A stretch of DNA of 64,000 bases from Ruegeria sp. (GCF_965243365.1 NZ_CBDEUW010000002.1:3087057-3151056); one strand, 5' to 3'; positions 29,086 to 39,754 are shown, counted from the first letter of the stretch. Notes: generated by a model not told the origin, from the sequence alone. Numbers and translations are program-made.

Positions 29086-31374
29086 GTGGCAACCCGGGCA
29101 CAGAACGGGCCATTCCTATCGATTAACCGGTGGCGCAAGTCCCGGAAATTGCGTAATTTCAGCACTTTTGGTTTGGTTATCCTTGGGCCCGCGCTGGCGC
29201 TGGCGACTTATCTTGTTATCGGTCCATTTGACCTGGGTGCAACGGCACCGACGCTGCGGCTGATTCTGCTGGCGGATTTGGTCTATGTGCTGGTCGTCGC
29301 GGCACTGGTGCTGGGGCAACTGGGCAACCTGATCGCGGCCAGGCGTGCCAAATCCGCAGGATCCCGGCTGCATTTGCGGCTGATCGGCGCTTTTACGCTG
29401 CTGGCACTGGTGCCGACCGTAACGGTTGCGATCTTTGCGGGGCTGACCGTGAATATCGGGCTTGAGGGTTGGTTCTCGGAACGGGTGCGAGAGGTCGTCG
29501 GGTCTTCTCTCACCGCCGCCGAAGCTTATGAGGAGGAACACCGCGAGGGCCTGACGCAGGACGCGACGGTCTTGGCGCGCTTTCTGGATAATGCACGCTC
29601 GCTGGATTATTTCATTTCGGACGGAGAATTGCGCGAGGTTCTGGCGCAAGGGCAGGCCCAGATTCAACGCGGCCTGCGCGAAGCTTATGTCATCGACGGA
29701 AGCGGTGAGATCCGGTCCCGCGGGGATCGGTCTTACCTGTTCAATTACGAGCAACCGACACCGGAAGAGATGATCGAGGCCAACGATCAGGGGGTGGCGA
29801 TTATCGCGGATTGGGCGAACAGCGAATTTAGGGCTCTGGTCCCGTTGCAAGCCTTTGCTGATCGCTATCTTTACGTGAGTCGCGAGGTGGACGGGCAGTT
29901 GCTGACTCTGTTGGATGATACCAAGGAAACGGCGCAGTTTTATCGTCAGTTGGAAAGCGAACGGGGCCGGGTCCTGTTTGAGTTTGGCCTTTTATATCTT
30001 GGCTTTGCGGTGATTCTGATCCTTGCGGCGATGTCCTTGGGCATGTGGTTTGCAGAGCGGCTGTCTCGTCCTGTCGGGCGGTTGACAACTGCCGCACAGC
30101 GCGTCGGCGCCGGGGACTTGAACGTTCAGGTGATTGAAGAGGCCAGCGATGATGAAATCGCGATGTTGGGGCGTTACTTCAACCAGATGACCCGACAGTT
30201 GAAAGGCCAGCGCGATACGCTGCTGGAAAACACCCGGCAGATCGAGCGGCGCAGGCGTCTGTTTGATTCCGTACTCAGCTCGGTCACGTCCGGGGTTGTC
30301 GGTGTAGACCCGGATGGCTGTGTGACGTTCGTAAACCGCTCGGCCGAGCGGTTGCTCGATTGGTCCAGGGGTGAAGCGCATCTGGCAATTGGCATCGCCG
30401 TACCGGAATTCCTGCCATTGTTCGAAACCCTGAAAGATAGCGGGCAAGAGGCCGTTCAGGGCGAAATCAAGGTGGCGCGCAAGGGGCAGTTGGAAAACCT
30501 GCTGGTTCGCATGGCCACCCGACGTGGTGAAGATGGCGGGCTGGAAGGTTATGTTGTGGCTTTTGATGACGTGACCGATCTGGTCAGCGCTCAGCGCATG
30601 GCGGCCTGGGGTGATGTTGCCCGTCGTATTGCGCATGAGATCAAGAACCCTCTGACCCCGATCCAGTTGAGTGCCGAACGGATCAAACGCAAATTCTCGC
30701 GCAAACTGGATGAAGAGGATTGCGATACGCTGGAATCGATGACGGATGTCATTGTACGGCAGACCAATGACCTGCGGCGTATCGTGGATGAGTTCTCCAA
30801 ATTCGCGCGGATGCCGGAACCGGATCGGCATGAAGAAAACATCGTGGAGTTGGTGCGTGAGGCGGTTTTGCTGCAGCAGGCTGGCCAGCCGGATGTTCAG
30901 ATTGACGCTGAACTGCCGGAACAACCCATTCTGGCCGATGTAGACACGACAATGCTGAATCAGGCGCTGACGAATTTGATCAAGAACGCCGGTGAAGCAA
31001 TTGAAACCCTTAAGGAAAAAGGGACTCCAGATGGTCTTGTGCCGCAAATCAAGGTTGCCATGACACAAGACGACGCCGGGACCCTGATCACGATAGCGGA
31101 TAACGGTATTGGCCTGCCCGAAGACCGGGCGCGGCTGTTTGAGCCCTATGTCACGACCCGCGACGAAGGGACGGGTCTGGGGTTGCCGATTGTGAAGAAG
31201 ATTATCGAAGAACATGGTGGAGCGCTGACATTGGAAGACGCGCCCATCTTTGACGGACAGGACCATTTCGGCGCAATGGCTGTCATCCGTCTTCCGGGGG
31301 CCTCAGGCGGCCCGACTTCAGCGCCACAGAACAAGGCGATTAAAACCAACAAACTGAAAGCAGGCCAGAGATGA
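29086..31374 (+). CDS. ntrY: Sensor histidine kinase NtrY (TM, HAMP, PAS and HisKA-HATPase domains)
   Basis: N-terminal TM helices, HAMP domain, H-box [12 protein letters not shown] and an ATPase domain (DNGIGLP, GTGLGLPIVKKI). Confidence 0.9.
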   Translation: MATRAQNGPFLSINRWRKSRKLRNFSTFGLVILGPALALATYLVIGPFDLGATAPTLRLILLADLVYVLVVAALVLGQLGNLIAARRAKSAGSRLHLRLIGAFTLLALVPTVTVAIFAGLTVNIGLEGWFSERVREVVGSSLTAAEAYEEEHREGLTQDATVLARFLDNARSLDYFISDGELREVLAQGQAQIQRGLREAYVIDGSGEIRSRGDRSYLFNYEQPTPEEMIEANDQGVAIIADWANSEFRALVPLQAFADRYLYVSREVDGQLLTLLDDTKETAQFYRQLESERGRVLFEFGLLYLGFAVILILAAMSLGMWFAERLSRPVGRLTTAAQRVGAGDLNVQVIEEASDDEIAMLGRYFNQMTRQLKGQRDTLLENTRQIERRRRLFDSVLSSVTSGVVGVDPDGCVTFVNRSAERLLDWSRGEAHLAIGIAVPEFLPLFETLKDSGQEAVQGEIKVARKGQLENLLVRMATRRGEDGGLEGYVVAFDDVTDLVSAQRMAAWGDVARRIAHEIKNPLTPIQLSAERIKRKFSRKLDEEDCDTLESMTDVIVRQTNDLRRIVDEFSKFARMPEPDRHEENIVELVREAVLLQQAGQPDVQIDAELPEQPILADVDTTMLNQALTNLIKNAGEAIETLKEKGTPDGLVPQIKVAMTQDDAGTLITIADNGIGLPEDRARLFEPYVTTRDEGTGLGLPIVKKIIEEHGGALTLEDAPIFDGQDHFGAMAVIRLPGASGGPTSAPQNKAIKTNKLKAGQR

Positions 31375-32780
31375 GCGACATTCTGATCGTTGATGACGAG
31401 CGCGATATTCGCGAACTAGTGTCAGATATTCTTGAAGACGAAGGTTATTCCACCCGACTTGCAGGTAATTCAGATGAATGCATGTCGGCAATCAACTCCG
31501 AGCCGCCGGGATTGCTGATCCTTGATATCTGGCTGAAAGACAGCCGGATGGACGGGATTGATATCCTCAAGGCGGTGAAACGGGACAACCCGGATGTGCC
31601 GGTGGTGATTATTTCGGGCCACGGCAATATCGAAATTGCGGTCGCTGCCATCAAGCAGGGCGCGTACGATTTTATCGAAAAGCCCTTTAACATCGACCAG
31701 CTGATGGTGGTGATCCGCCGCGCGATGGAGACATCTCGCCTGCGGCGCGAGAATGCTTCGCTGAAACGTAAAGAGGTCAGCAGTTCGGATATGATCGGCA
31801 AATCAGCCGCATTCCGGGCAATGCAGGGCCAGTTGGACAAGGTGACGAAATCGAACGGGCGCGTCATGCTGAGCGGACCGGCTGGATCAGGCAAGGAAAT
31901 TGCCGCGCGTTACATTCATGCTCATTCAAACCGGGCAAATGCCCCGTTTGTGACCGTGAATTGCGCCGGGATCGAGCCGGAGCGGGTCGAAGAGGTTCTA
32001 TTTGGCCGCGAATCCACCGAGCGTGGCGTCGAGTCTGGCCTGCTGGAAGAGGCGCATGGCGGGGTTGTCTATTTCGATGAAGTCGCGGACATGCCGTTGG
32101 GGACTCAGTCCAAAATCCTGCGTGTGTTGGTGGATCAGCAATTCCAGCGTGTCGGCGGCTCGGACAAAGTGCGGGTCGATCTGCGGGTGATTTCGTCTAC
32201 CAACCGCGACCTGGAAGAAGAAATCGCGGCGGATCGGTTCCGCGAAGAACTGTATCACCGTCTGAATGTCGTCCCGGTCGCGGTGCCCTCGCTGGAGGAA
32301 CGGCGCGAGGATATTCCCATGTTGGCCCAGCATTTCATCGAGATGTGCAACGAAACGCAGGGTCTTCCGATACGCGAGTTGTCGGATGAAGCCGTCGCAT
32401 TGCTGCAAACGATGACCTGGCCGGGCAATGTGCGTCAGCTCAAGAACCTGATCGAGCGTGTTTTGATCCTGGGCGATGGGACCGATCCGATCGAAGCGCG
32501 GGAACTACCGAGCGAAGAGGAAAAATCGGACGAAACCGGTCGCGTGGTCTTGTCCGGCGTGTTGGCGACCCTACCGCTGCGCGAGGCCCGCGAGGCGTTC
32601 GAGCGCGAGTATTTACTGACCCAGATCAACCGGTTCGGCGGAAACATCAGCCGCACGGCCAGCTTTGTCGGGATGGAGCGCAGCGCGCTGCATCGCAAGC
32701 TGAAGTCGCTGGGGGTGGTTACCTCGAACAAATCCGGGGCACGGGTCGCGCAATTGGATGAACCGGAACCGGCGGAGTAA
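31371..32780 (+). CDS. ntrX: Response regulator NtrX (receiver, AAA+-like and HTH domains)
   Basis: ILIVDDERDIR receiver domain, GPAGSGKE motif and C-terminal HTH. A 4-nt overlap joins it to ntrY. Confidence 0.9.
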   Translation: MSDILIVDDERDIRELVSDILEDEGYSTRLAGNSDECMSAINSEPPGLLILDIWLKDSRMDGIDILKAVKRDNPDVPVVIISGHGNIEIAVAAIKQGAYDFIEKPFNIDQLMVVIRRAMETSRLRRENASLKRKEVSSSDMIGKSAAFRAMQGQLDKVTKSNGRVMLSGPAGSGKEIAARYIHAHSNRANAPFVTVNCAGIEPERVEEVLFGRESTERGVESGLLEEAHGGVVYFDEVADMPLGTQSKILRVLVDQQFQRVGGSDKVRVDLRVISSTNRDLEEEIAADRFREELYHRLNVVPVAVPSLEERREDIPMLAQHFIEMCNETQGLPIRELSDEAVALLQTMTWPGNVRQLKNLIERVLILGDGTDPIEARELPSEEEKSDETGRVVLSGVLATLPLREAREAFEREYLLTQINRFGGNISRTASFVGMERSALHRKLKSLGVVTSNKSGARVAQLDEPEPAE

Positions 32781-32797
32781 TCCGCCGGGAGGGTCCG

Positions 32798-33376
32798 TTG
32801 GTACAGCTTATCGAAGCCTCCACAATTGGCTATCCCGCTTTCGGAGCGCGGCTGAAACGGTTGCGTCGATCGATCGGCTGCAAGCAATCTGCTTTGGCGG
32901 ACCTGTTGAATGTAGATCAGACAACGATTTCCCGGTGGGAAAACAACGTCCAGATACCCGCGCCCGAATTGCAGACCAGTGTTTTTTCGGCGCTTGGCTC
33001 GATCAAAGCCGATGACGACGCACTGAAACGGCTGGTGGTGCGCTCGAAGGACTGTCTGCATCTTGTGGAGGAGGCCAGCCACAACTGCCTGGCGTATTCT
33101 GCAAGTCGCGCGAAAGATTGGAATACCAGTCAGAATGCGCTGTTGGGCGTGTCTTTGTGGCAATTCGCGACCGACGAGATCAGGCAGGCGGAACACGAGC
33201 TTCACGATAGCGGATGGTGGGATCTGCAACACCCCGAACCCAAAACATTCATAACCTCTGAGGCCCGGCACGACAGGATACGGATCAGCGCAGGTCAGAT
33301 CACTTGGGAGCGCCTGTATCTGTCAGACGGAACGCCTGTTCGACTGGTCAGCGGCATGCGCCGGGTCTGCGCATAA
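32798..33376 (+). CDS. XRE-family HTH regulator with a C-terminal PAS-like sensor domain (TTG start, uncertain)
   Basis: The HTH FGARLKRLRRSIGCKQSALADLLNVDQTTISRWENN is a clear XRE match. The C-terminal roughly 110 aa have a PAS-like pattern. Confidence 0.7.
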   Translation: MVQLIEASTIGYPAFGARLKRLRRSIGCKQSALADLLNVDQTTISRWENNVQIPAPELQTSVFSALGSIKADDDALKRLVVRSKDCLHLVEEASHNCLAYSASRAKDWNTSQNALLGVSLWQFATDEIRQAEHELHDSGWWDLQHPEPKTFITSEARHDRIRISAGQITWERLYLSDGTPVRLVSGMRRVCA

Positions 33377-33419
33377 TTTATGCGTGTTGATACCGCGGCG
33401 AGGCTTGTAAGTAGTTTTC

Positions 33420-34595
33420 ATGACTCATTCCGCGCGTGTTTTCCTTCAAGTTGTATTTCTTTGGCTCGCCGGGTTGGGCGCGGCGACCCAATTTGCCAAA
33501 ATTGCTCTGCCCTTTAACGATGTCGCCCAGCTATACCCTGCTTTTACAACTTCGATCGGCTGGTTACTGTCGATCATCAGCCTGGTTGGCGCAGTGTTCG
33601 GAGCAGTGTCCGGTGCTGTCACGGGGCGGGTCGGACCGGTCAGGTTATTGATGTTCGGCTTGATCCTGGGCAGTGCGATATCGGTTTATCAGGCAACTAT
33701 TCCCGGGTTCTACGCTTTGTTGACCAGCCGCGTGCTGGAGGGGCTGTCGCATCTGGCCATTGTTGTTGCGGCACCTACCTTGATTGCGCAAATCACCCAA
33801 GGCAAAGCTCGTAATGTCGCCATGGTCCTGTGGAGCAGTTTTTTCGGCGTCGCGTTCGCGCTTAATGCCTGGATGGGGTTGCCATTGGTCCAACATTTTG
33901 GCCTTTCGTTCTTTTTTGCTTCGCACGGTTGCTTGATGGCCGCGACCGCAGGGCTAATTGCGCTGCTTCGTCTGCAAGTCGATATGGGGCAGCCCGAGGC
34001 GAACCGATGGAACCTGGCGGCCTTCGTCAATATCCACGTACAAACCTATCGGTCTGCGTTCGTCGCCGCCCCGGCAATTGGGTGGTTCTTTTATACGCTG
34101 ACCTTCGTGTCGCTACTGGCCATTCTACCCGGTCAGCTGCCAGAAAGTATCCGTGCGTCCGTCACGGGGCTTATGCCGCTGGCAGGGATCATGTTGTCAT
34201 GGTTACTTGTCCCGCTTTTGATGAACTTTGTGTCCAGCGTAACAGTGATCATATTGGGGTTTGGTCTGGCAATTCTGGCGATCTCTGCGCTATTTTTTGG
34301 CGCTCCGTTGGCTGCTGTGTGTATCGCTCTGTTTGCCGTTTTGGGGCTGGTGCAGGGTGGAAGTTTTGCGGCGGTTCCGCAGCTTAATTCCTCAGCCGAG
34401 GACCAGGCGCTCAGCTACGGGGCAATGGCGCAGATGGGAAATGCGGGTAACTTGCTGGGTACCCCGATCTTGTTGGCGGTTCTTTGGCGATCAAATGAGG
34501 CGGTGATGTTGGCGGTAGTGATCGGGATCTACACCGTTGCCATTGTCTTGCATCTGTGGCTAGCGGCGCGGCGCAGGCAGGCAAGCACCGCTTGA
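33420..34595 (+). CDS. MFS transporter
   Basis: 391 aa with about 12 TM segments and MFS loop motifs (GAVTGRVGPVR). Confidence 0.8.
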   Translation: MTHSARVFLQVVFLWLAGLGAATQFAKIALPFNDVAQLYPAFTTSIGWLLSIISLVGAVFGAVSGAVTGRVGPVRLLMFGLILGSAISVYQATIPGFYALLTSRVLEGLSHLAIVVAAPTLIAQITQGKARNVAMVLWSSFFGVAFALNAWMGLPLVQHFGLSFFFASHGCLMAATAGLIALLRLQVDMGQPEANRWNLAAFVNIHVQTYRSAFVAAPAIGWFFYTLTFVSLLAILPGQLPESIRASVTGLMPLAGIMLSWLLVPLLMNFVSSVTVIILGFGLAILAISALFFGAPLAAVCIALFAVLGLVQGGSFAAVPQLNSSAEDQALSYGAMAQMGNAGNLLGTPILLAVLWRSNEAVMLAVVIGIYTVAIVLHLWLAARRRQASTA

Positions 34596-34600
34596 TACAG

Positions 34601-35077
34601 TCAGGTCTGACCCGGGGTGATGATCTGAAACGATCCGTCTTCGAATTTTACGAAACAAGATGACGGGTTCAGCGGTGGCAGAACAGTCGTGCGGGCAGGG
34701 GCGACCTGCGATTTGACGGCGTTTCGGCATGGCGGCAGGCTGACCGGGCGGAACCCTTTTGCAGCCATACATTGCGCCTCGACCGTGTTGCGTAGCCCCT
34801 GGTTCACATCCACGGTGTAAATCCGGCCGGGTTCCCACCAACCCGCCGAGCGATAGCAGTTTCCTTTACCATCGCAATAGGTGCGACCGGGCCAATAGAC
34901 CGGTGGGCTCTGCCGGATCTGACTGGCGACCGGCGCATCTTTTAGGGCCTTAACCTGGCATTCCGTCGTCTCGGTCTGAAGTTTCGAGACACTTTCGCCC
35001 TCGCGATAATACAGCGATAACGGACCGCATGCGGACAGAACAAGCAGAGGGATCAGGAAAGCAGCTACTGTTTTCAT
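34601..35077 (-). CDS. Cysteine-rich lipoprotein, function unknown
   Basis: Signal peptide with lipobox LLVLSAC, after setting the start at the ATG at 35077. The mature part has several Cys residues. No family recognised. Confidence 0.6.
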   Translation of the reverse strand: MKTVAAFLIPLLVLSACGPLSLYYREGESVSKLQTETTECQVKALKDAPVASQIRQSPPVYWPGRTYCDGKGNCYRSAGWWEPGRIYTVDVNQGLRNTVEAQCMAAKGFRPVSLPPCRNAVKSQVAPARTTVLPPLNPSSCFVKFEDGSFQIITPGQT

Positions 35078-35173
35078 ACTGTTATCTTGCCTCAACCATC
35101 TGTTCATGACAATTCAATTGACCGCTTTGGGGCCATCTGTCATTCAAAGATTTCAGGCAGAAGGGCCAGAAAC

Positions 35174-36550
35174 ATGAAGGTCATCATTTGCGGCGCCGGT
35201 CAGGTCGGCTGGCAGATTGCGCGGCACCTGTCGAGTGAGTTGAATGACGTGACGGTGGTGGACAACAACCCCGACCTGGTGCGTCGCGCGATCGAAACGC
35301 TGGATGTACAGGGCATTGCGGGCTTTGCCAGCTACCCGGATGTGCTGGATCGGGCAGGGGCCCGGGATGCCGACATGATCATCGCCGCGACCCATTCCGA
35401 TGAGGTGAACATGGTCACCTGTCAGATGGCGCATTCGGTCTTTTCGATTCAACGCAAGATCGCAAGGTTGCGGTCCAAATCCTATCTGGAAGCAATCCAC
35501 TCGGATCTATATCGCCGGGATCATCTGCCCATCGATGTCGTGATCAGCCCGGAACGTGAGGTTGCCGCCGCCGCCATGCGCCGCCTGTCCGCGCCATCTG
35601 CCTTCGACACCGAGATTTTTATGGAAGGCAAGGCGCAGCTTCTGGGCATCCGTGTGGATGAAGACTGCCCGATCGTTAACACGCCGCTGCGGCAACTGAC
35701 TGATCTGTTCTCGACACTCAGCTCAATCGTTGTGGGTGTGCGCCGCGAAGGCTCTCTGTTCGCGCCCGAGCCGGACGATCAGCTATTTACTGGCGACGAA
35801 TGCTACGTCTTTACCAACGTCAAAGACGTTGATCGCACGATGGAAGTTTTTGGCAAGACGCAACGAAAACAGGACCGTGTCGTTATTGTCGGCGGTGGCA
35901 ATGTCGGGCTTGAAGTCGCCCGGACGCTGGAAGAGCGCGAAAGCCGGGTGCGCGCCAAGATTATCGAGCGCGATCGAAAGTGCGCCGAAATCGCAGCCGA
36001 GGCCCTGGAGCGGACGATTGTCCTGAACGGCGATGGGCTGGATTCGGCTTTGCTGAGCGAAGCCGGAATCGATCGGGCCGACGCGATGCTGGCTGTCACC
36101 GACGATGACCGGACCAACATGCTTGCCGCTGTCCGCGCCAAGGGTGAGGGCTGCGCGCTGGCGATTGCCCTGATCAATGACCCCAGCATGGTGGCGCTGA
36201 TGGGGCCGCTGGGGATCGACGCCTATATCAACCCGCGCGCTACCACTGTCAGCTCGATCTTGCGCCACATCCGACATGGCCGCGTGCGGCAGGTCTATTC
36301 CATCGGCGATGCCGAGGCCGAGGTGATCGAGGCCGAAGTTCTGTCGACCTCTCCCATGGCGGGTCAGAGGCTGCGCGATATCGATTTTCCGGAAGGTGTT
36401 CTAGTGGGGGCTGTGCGCAAAGGGGATGAAGTTCTGCGCCCGACCGGTAGCCTTCGGATCGATGAGAAGGACGTGGTGGCCATCTTTGCACTGGCCAAGG
36501 ACGTACCCGAGGTGGAACGCCTTATGCAGGTTTCCATCGATTTCTTCTGA
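35174..36550 (+). CDS. trkA: Trk system potassium uptake protein TrkA
   Basis: MKVIICGAGQVG Rossmann motif, with the NAD-binding and RCK_C modules duplicated. Start set at the ATG at 35174. Confidence 0.95.
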   Translation: MKVIICGAGQVGWQIARHLSSELNDVTVVDNNPDLVRRAIETLDVQGIAGFASYPDVLDRAGARDADMIIAATHSDEVNMVTCQMAHSVFSIQRKIARLRSKSYLEAIHSDLYRRDHLPIDVVISPEREVAAAAMRRLSAPSAFDTEIFMEGKAQLLGIRVDEDCPIVNTPLRQLTDLFSTLSSIVVGVRREGSLFAPEPDDQLFTGDECYVFTNVKDVDRTMEVFGKTQRKQDRVVIVGGGNVGLEVARTLEERESRVRAKIIERDRKCAEIAAEALERTIVLNGDGLDSALLSEAGIDRADAMLAVTDDDRTNMLAAVRAKGEGCALAIALINDPSMVALMGPLGIDAYINPRATTVSSILRHIRHGRVRQVYSIGDAEAEVIEAEVLSTSPMAGQRLRDIDFPEGVLVGAVRKGDEVLRPTGSLRIDEKDVVAIFALAKDVPEVERLMQVSIDFF

Positions 36551-38091
36551 TGTATCGGGCGCGCCACCAGAAACGTGTTGGGGTTATGCGGCGGTTGCCT
36601 CTGCTTTTGCTGATCTGGGGCGTGGCTTCGCTGGCGATGTGGATACCGGCAGCTTATGCGTTGTCACTGGATGATCACGATACCTCGCGCTCGTTCTTCT
36701 ATTCGGGATTGTTAGGCATCTTTGTCGTGTCGCTGATCGCACTGGCGCTGATGAACCGCGAACCACGACGCGGCACGTTGGGCCAGCTGGCGGTGATGCT
36801 GTCGTCATTTACTGTCCTGCCGCTGTTCTTGGCGGTGCCGCTGCATGATGCGCTTGGCAATACCAGCTTCCTGAACGCCTATTTTGATATGGTCAGCGCG
36901 GTAACAACGACCGGTGCCGACCTGTTCCCCGACCCCGCACGCTTGACCGCGCCATTGCACTTGTGGCGGGCATTGGTCGGCTGGATGGGCGGTTTGCTGA
37001 TGTGGATCGCGGCGGCGGCCATACTTGCACCCCTGTCTTTGGGAGGCTTCGAAGTCACTGCGCGCGGCCAGCCCGGGCGACCGGTGTCAGGTGTGGCGCA
37101 GAGTGAAAAGACAGACCCGCGCGGCCATCTAATCCGTGTGACCCGGGCATTGACCCCGGTCTATGCGGGGTTGACGGTTGTGATGTGGGTTCTGTTGCTG
37201 ATTGCGGGTGAGCAGGGTTTGACAGCGGTTTGCCATGCGATGTCGGTTATGGCGACCTCGGGAATTTCCCCGGTGGGTGGTCTTGAAGGATCGACCGCGG
37301 GCTTCACGGGTGAGGCGATCCTGTTTCTGTTCCTTTTCTTTGCACTGTCCCGCCTGACATTTTCAACCGATACTGCGACCACAGGTTACGCCAGGTTGGA
37401 CAAAGATCCTGAATTCAGGATCGGGTTGCTGATCGTTTTGGCGGTGGCGGCGCTGCTGTTCTTCCGGGTGCTGGCGGGTGTTGCCGAGCTTGGCCTTCAG
37501 ATTGAGGCGTTTCAGGCGCTCAACGTCATCTGGGGCATGGTTTTTACGGTCATGTCCTTTTTGACCACAGCGGGTTTTGAAAGTGCCAACTGGAACGATG
37601 CTCAGCAGTTGTCCGGCCTGGGCACGCCCGGCCTGGTGCTGATGGGGCTTGCCCTGATCGGAGGGGGCGTGGCCACCACGGCCGGGGGTGTCAAGCTGCT
37701 GCGCGTCTATGCGTTGTATCTGAATGGCAAGCGCGAGATTGACCGGCTGATCTACCCGTCCTCGGTCAGCGGCGAGGGCGGCGGCAACCGGCGTATTCAA
37801 AGTGACGGTGCCTTCATTGCCTGGATATTCCTGATGATGTTCGCACTGACCCTTGGGCTGTTCGATGTCCTGTTGGCCGCGACCGGTGTGGGTTTTGAGC
37901 ATGCGATGGTGCTGAGTGTCGCCGCGCTTAGTACAACCGGCCCGCTGATTGAGCTGGCAACAGACACTCCGATCCGCCTGATCGATCTGTCCGGCGGGGC
38001 CAAATTGACGCTGTGCGCGGCCATGATCATCGGGCGGCTTGAAACGCTTGCGATCATCGCTTTGATCACCCCAAATCTATGGCGTGATTAA
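36550..38091 (+). CDS. trkH: Trk system potassium transporter TrkH
   Basis: Polytopic protein with TrkH selectivity-filter-like motifs (TTTGA, ATSGIS, TTAGFE, TTGP). A TGATG overlap joins it to trkA. Confidence 0.9.
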   Translation: MYRARHQKRVGVMRRLPLLLLIWGVASLAMWIPAAYALSLDDHDTSRSFFYSGLLGIFVVSLIALALMNREPRRGTLGQLAVMLSSFTVLPLFLAVPLHDALGNTSFLNAYFDMVSAVTTTGADLFPDPARLTAPLHLWRALVGWMGGLLMWIAAAAILAPLSLGGFEVTARGQPGRPVSGVAQSEKTDPRGHLIRVTRALTPVYAGLTVVMWVLLLIAGEQGLTAVCHAMSVMATSGISPVGGLEGSTAGFTGEAILFLFLFFALSRLTFSTDTATTGYARLDKDPEFRIGLLIVLAVAALLFFRVLAGVAELGLQIEAFQALNVIWGMVFTVMSFLTTAGFESANWNDAQQLSGLGTPGLVLMGLALIGGGVATTAGGVKLLRVYALYLNGKREIDRLIYPSSVSGEGGGNRRIQSDGAFIAWIFLMMFALTLGLFDVLLAATGVGFEHAMVLSVAALSTTGPLIELATDTPIRLIDLSGGAKLTLCAAMIIGRLETLAIIALITPNLWRD

Positions 38092-38221
38092 TTGGTCATC
38101 TGATCATTGCGTTACCGACTGATTTTTCATCTGGAATATCTGCGCGCGCCACGACATACTCACCCCGAGGGAGCGCGTTGGTCCGCAGCGCGTAGCAAGA
38201 ACAACGGCGAGACAACAAAAT

Positions 38222-38461
38222 ATGGCTTCGGACAGACAGAATCTGCAGGACGCGTTCCTGAATAACGTACGGAAAGCAAAGGTCCCGGTCACGATTTTCC
38301 TGATCAATGGCGTAAAATTGCAGGGTGTGATCACCTGGTTTGATAATTTTTGCGTGCTGCTGCGCCGCGACGGACAGTCGCAGCTGGTCTACAAGCATGC
38401 GATTTCGACCATCATGCCATCGCAGCCGATCAGCCTGTATGAGGGCGAAGACGCTTCTTGA
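38222..38461 (+). CDS. hfq: RNA chaperone Hfq
   Basis: Sm1 and Sm2 motifs: [28 protein letters not shown] and VYKHAISTI. Confidence 0.97.
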   Translation: MASDRQNLQDAFLNNVRKAKVPVTIFLINGVKLQGVITWFDNFCVLLRRDGQSQLVYKHAISTIMPSQPISLYEGEDAS

Positions 38462-39732
38462 TGGAACACGATAGGACGCGCACCCGGGCTTGGGTGCTGC
38501 ATCCGGAAATCAAATCAGATGAACAGCGCCGTGTCCCGGAACCGGCGCTGGAAGAGGCGGTGGCACTGGCTGCCGCTTTGCCCGATCTTGATGTGGTCGG
38601 GTCGGAAATCGTACGCCTTCCGCGCGCTCAGGCCGGTTTGCTGTTCGGCAGCGGCAAGATTGAGGAGCTGGCCGAACGCCTCCACGACAATGAGATTGAG
38701 CTGGTTTTGATCGACGGGCCGGTGACCCCGGTGCAGCAGCGCAATCTGGAGAAGGCGTGGAAGGTTAAGATCCTCGATCGCACCGGGTTGATCCTCGAGA
38801 TTTTCAGCGACCGCGCCCGCACCCGTGAAGGTGTTTTGCAGGTCGAGATGGCGGCTCTCAGTTATCAGCGCACGCGGCTGGTGCGGGCCTGGACCCACCT
38901 GGAACGTCAGCGGGGCGGCCTTGGATTTGTTGGCGGCCCCGGTGAAACCCAGATTGAGGCCGACCGCCGCGCCATTGATGAACAGTTGGTTCGCCTGCGC
39001 CGTCAGTTGCAGAAGGTGGTCAAGACCCGAACGTTGCATCGCGCCGCGCGGGCCAAGGTGCCGTATCCGATTGTTGCACTCGTGGGTTACACCAACGCCG
39101 GGAAATCTACTCTGTTCAATCGCCTGACTGGGGCCGAAGTGATGGCAAAGGACATGTTGTTCGCCACTCTGGACCCGACAATGCGCCGGGTCGAGCTGCC
39201 TGACGGCCCCGAGGTTATTCTATCGGATACGGTGGGTTTCATTTCGAACCTACCGACCGAGTTGGTCGCGGCCTTCCGCGCAACACTGGAGGAAGTGCTG
39301 GGCGCTGACCTGATCGTCCATGTCCGGGACATCAGCCATGAAGAGACAGAGGCTCAGGCGCAGGATGTCGAGACAATTCTTGCATCCCTCGGGGTCGATG
39401 GCGACCGGCCCCGGCTTGAGGTGTGGAACAAGATTGATCTGTTAAGCGACGACGAACGCGCCGCGTCATTGTCGCGGGCCGAGCGTGACCCGTCGATCTT
39501 TGCCATTTCGGCAATTACTGGTGAGGGGGTGGATCCCTTGCTTGCCGATATTGCCACCAAGTTGCAGGGCGTTCGTCACGAAGAAACCTTGAAGCTTGGC
39601 TTTGCAGAAGGTGATAAACGGGCTTGGCTGTATCGTCAGGATGTGGTTCGTTCTGAAGAGCAGGCCGAAGAAGGTTTTGTTATTTCGGTATTGTGGACGG
39701 ATAAACAGGCTGCACAGTTCGCAGCTTTATGA
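38461..39732 (+). CDS. hflX: GTPase HflX
   Basis: G1 motif GYTNAGKSTL, G3 motif DTVGF and NKID. Conserved hfq-hflX pair. I prefer the ATG at 38461 (TGATG overlap). Confidence 0.95.
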   Translation: MEHDRTRTRAWVLHPEIKSDEQRRVPEPALEEAVALAAALPDLDVVGSEIVRLPRAQAGLLFGSGKIEELAERLHDNEIELVLIDGPVTPVQQRNLEKAWKVKILDRTGLILEIFSDRARTREGVLQVEMAALSYQRTRLVRAWTHLERQRGGLGFVGGPGETQIEADRRAIDEQLVRLRRQLQKVVKTRTLHRAARAKVPYPIVALVGYTNAGKSTLFNRLTGAEVMAKDMLFATLDPTMRRVELPDGPEVILSDTVGFISNLPTELVAAFRATLEEVLGADLIVHVRDISHEETEAQAQDVETILASLGVDGDRPRLEVWNKIDLLSDDERAASLSRAERDPSIFAISAITGEGVDPLLADIATKLQGVRHEETLKLGFAEGDKRAWLYRQDVVRSEEQAEEGFVISVLWTDKQAAQFAAL

Positions 39733-39750
39733 AAGGTAACGAAAGGTAAC
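39731..39750. repeat. Perfect 10-bp tandem duplication GAAAGGTAAC x2 between hflX and the next gene
   Basis: Read directly. It overlaps the hflX stop codon and the likely RBS region of the ABM gene. Confidence 0.9.
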
Positions 39751-39754
39751 GAGT

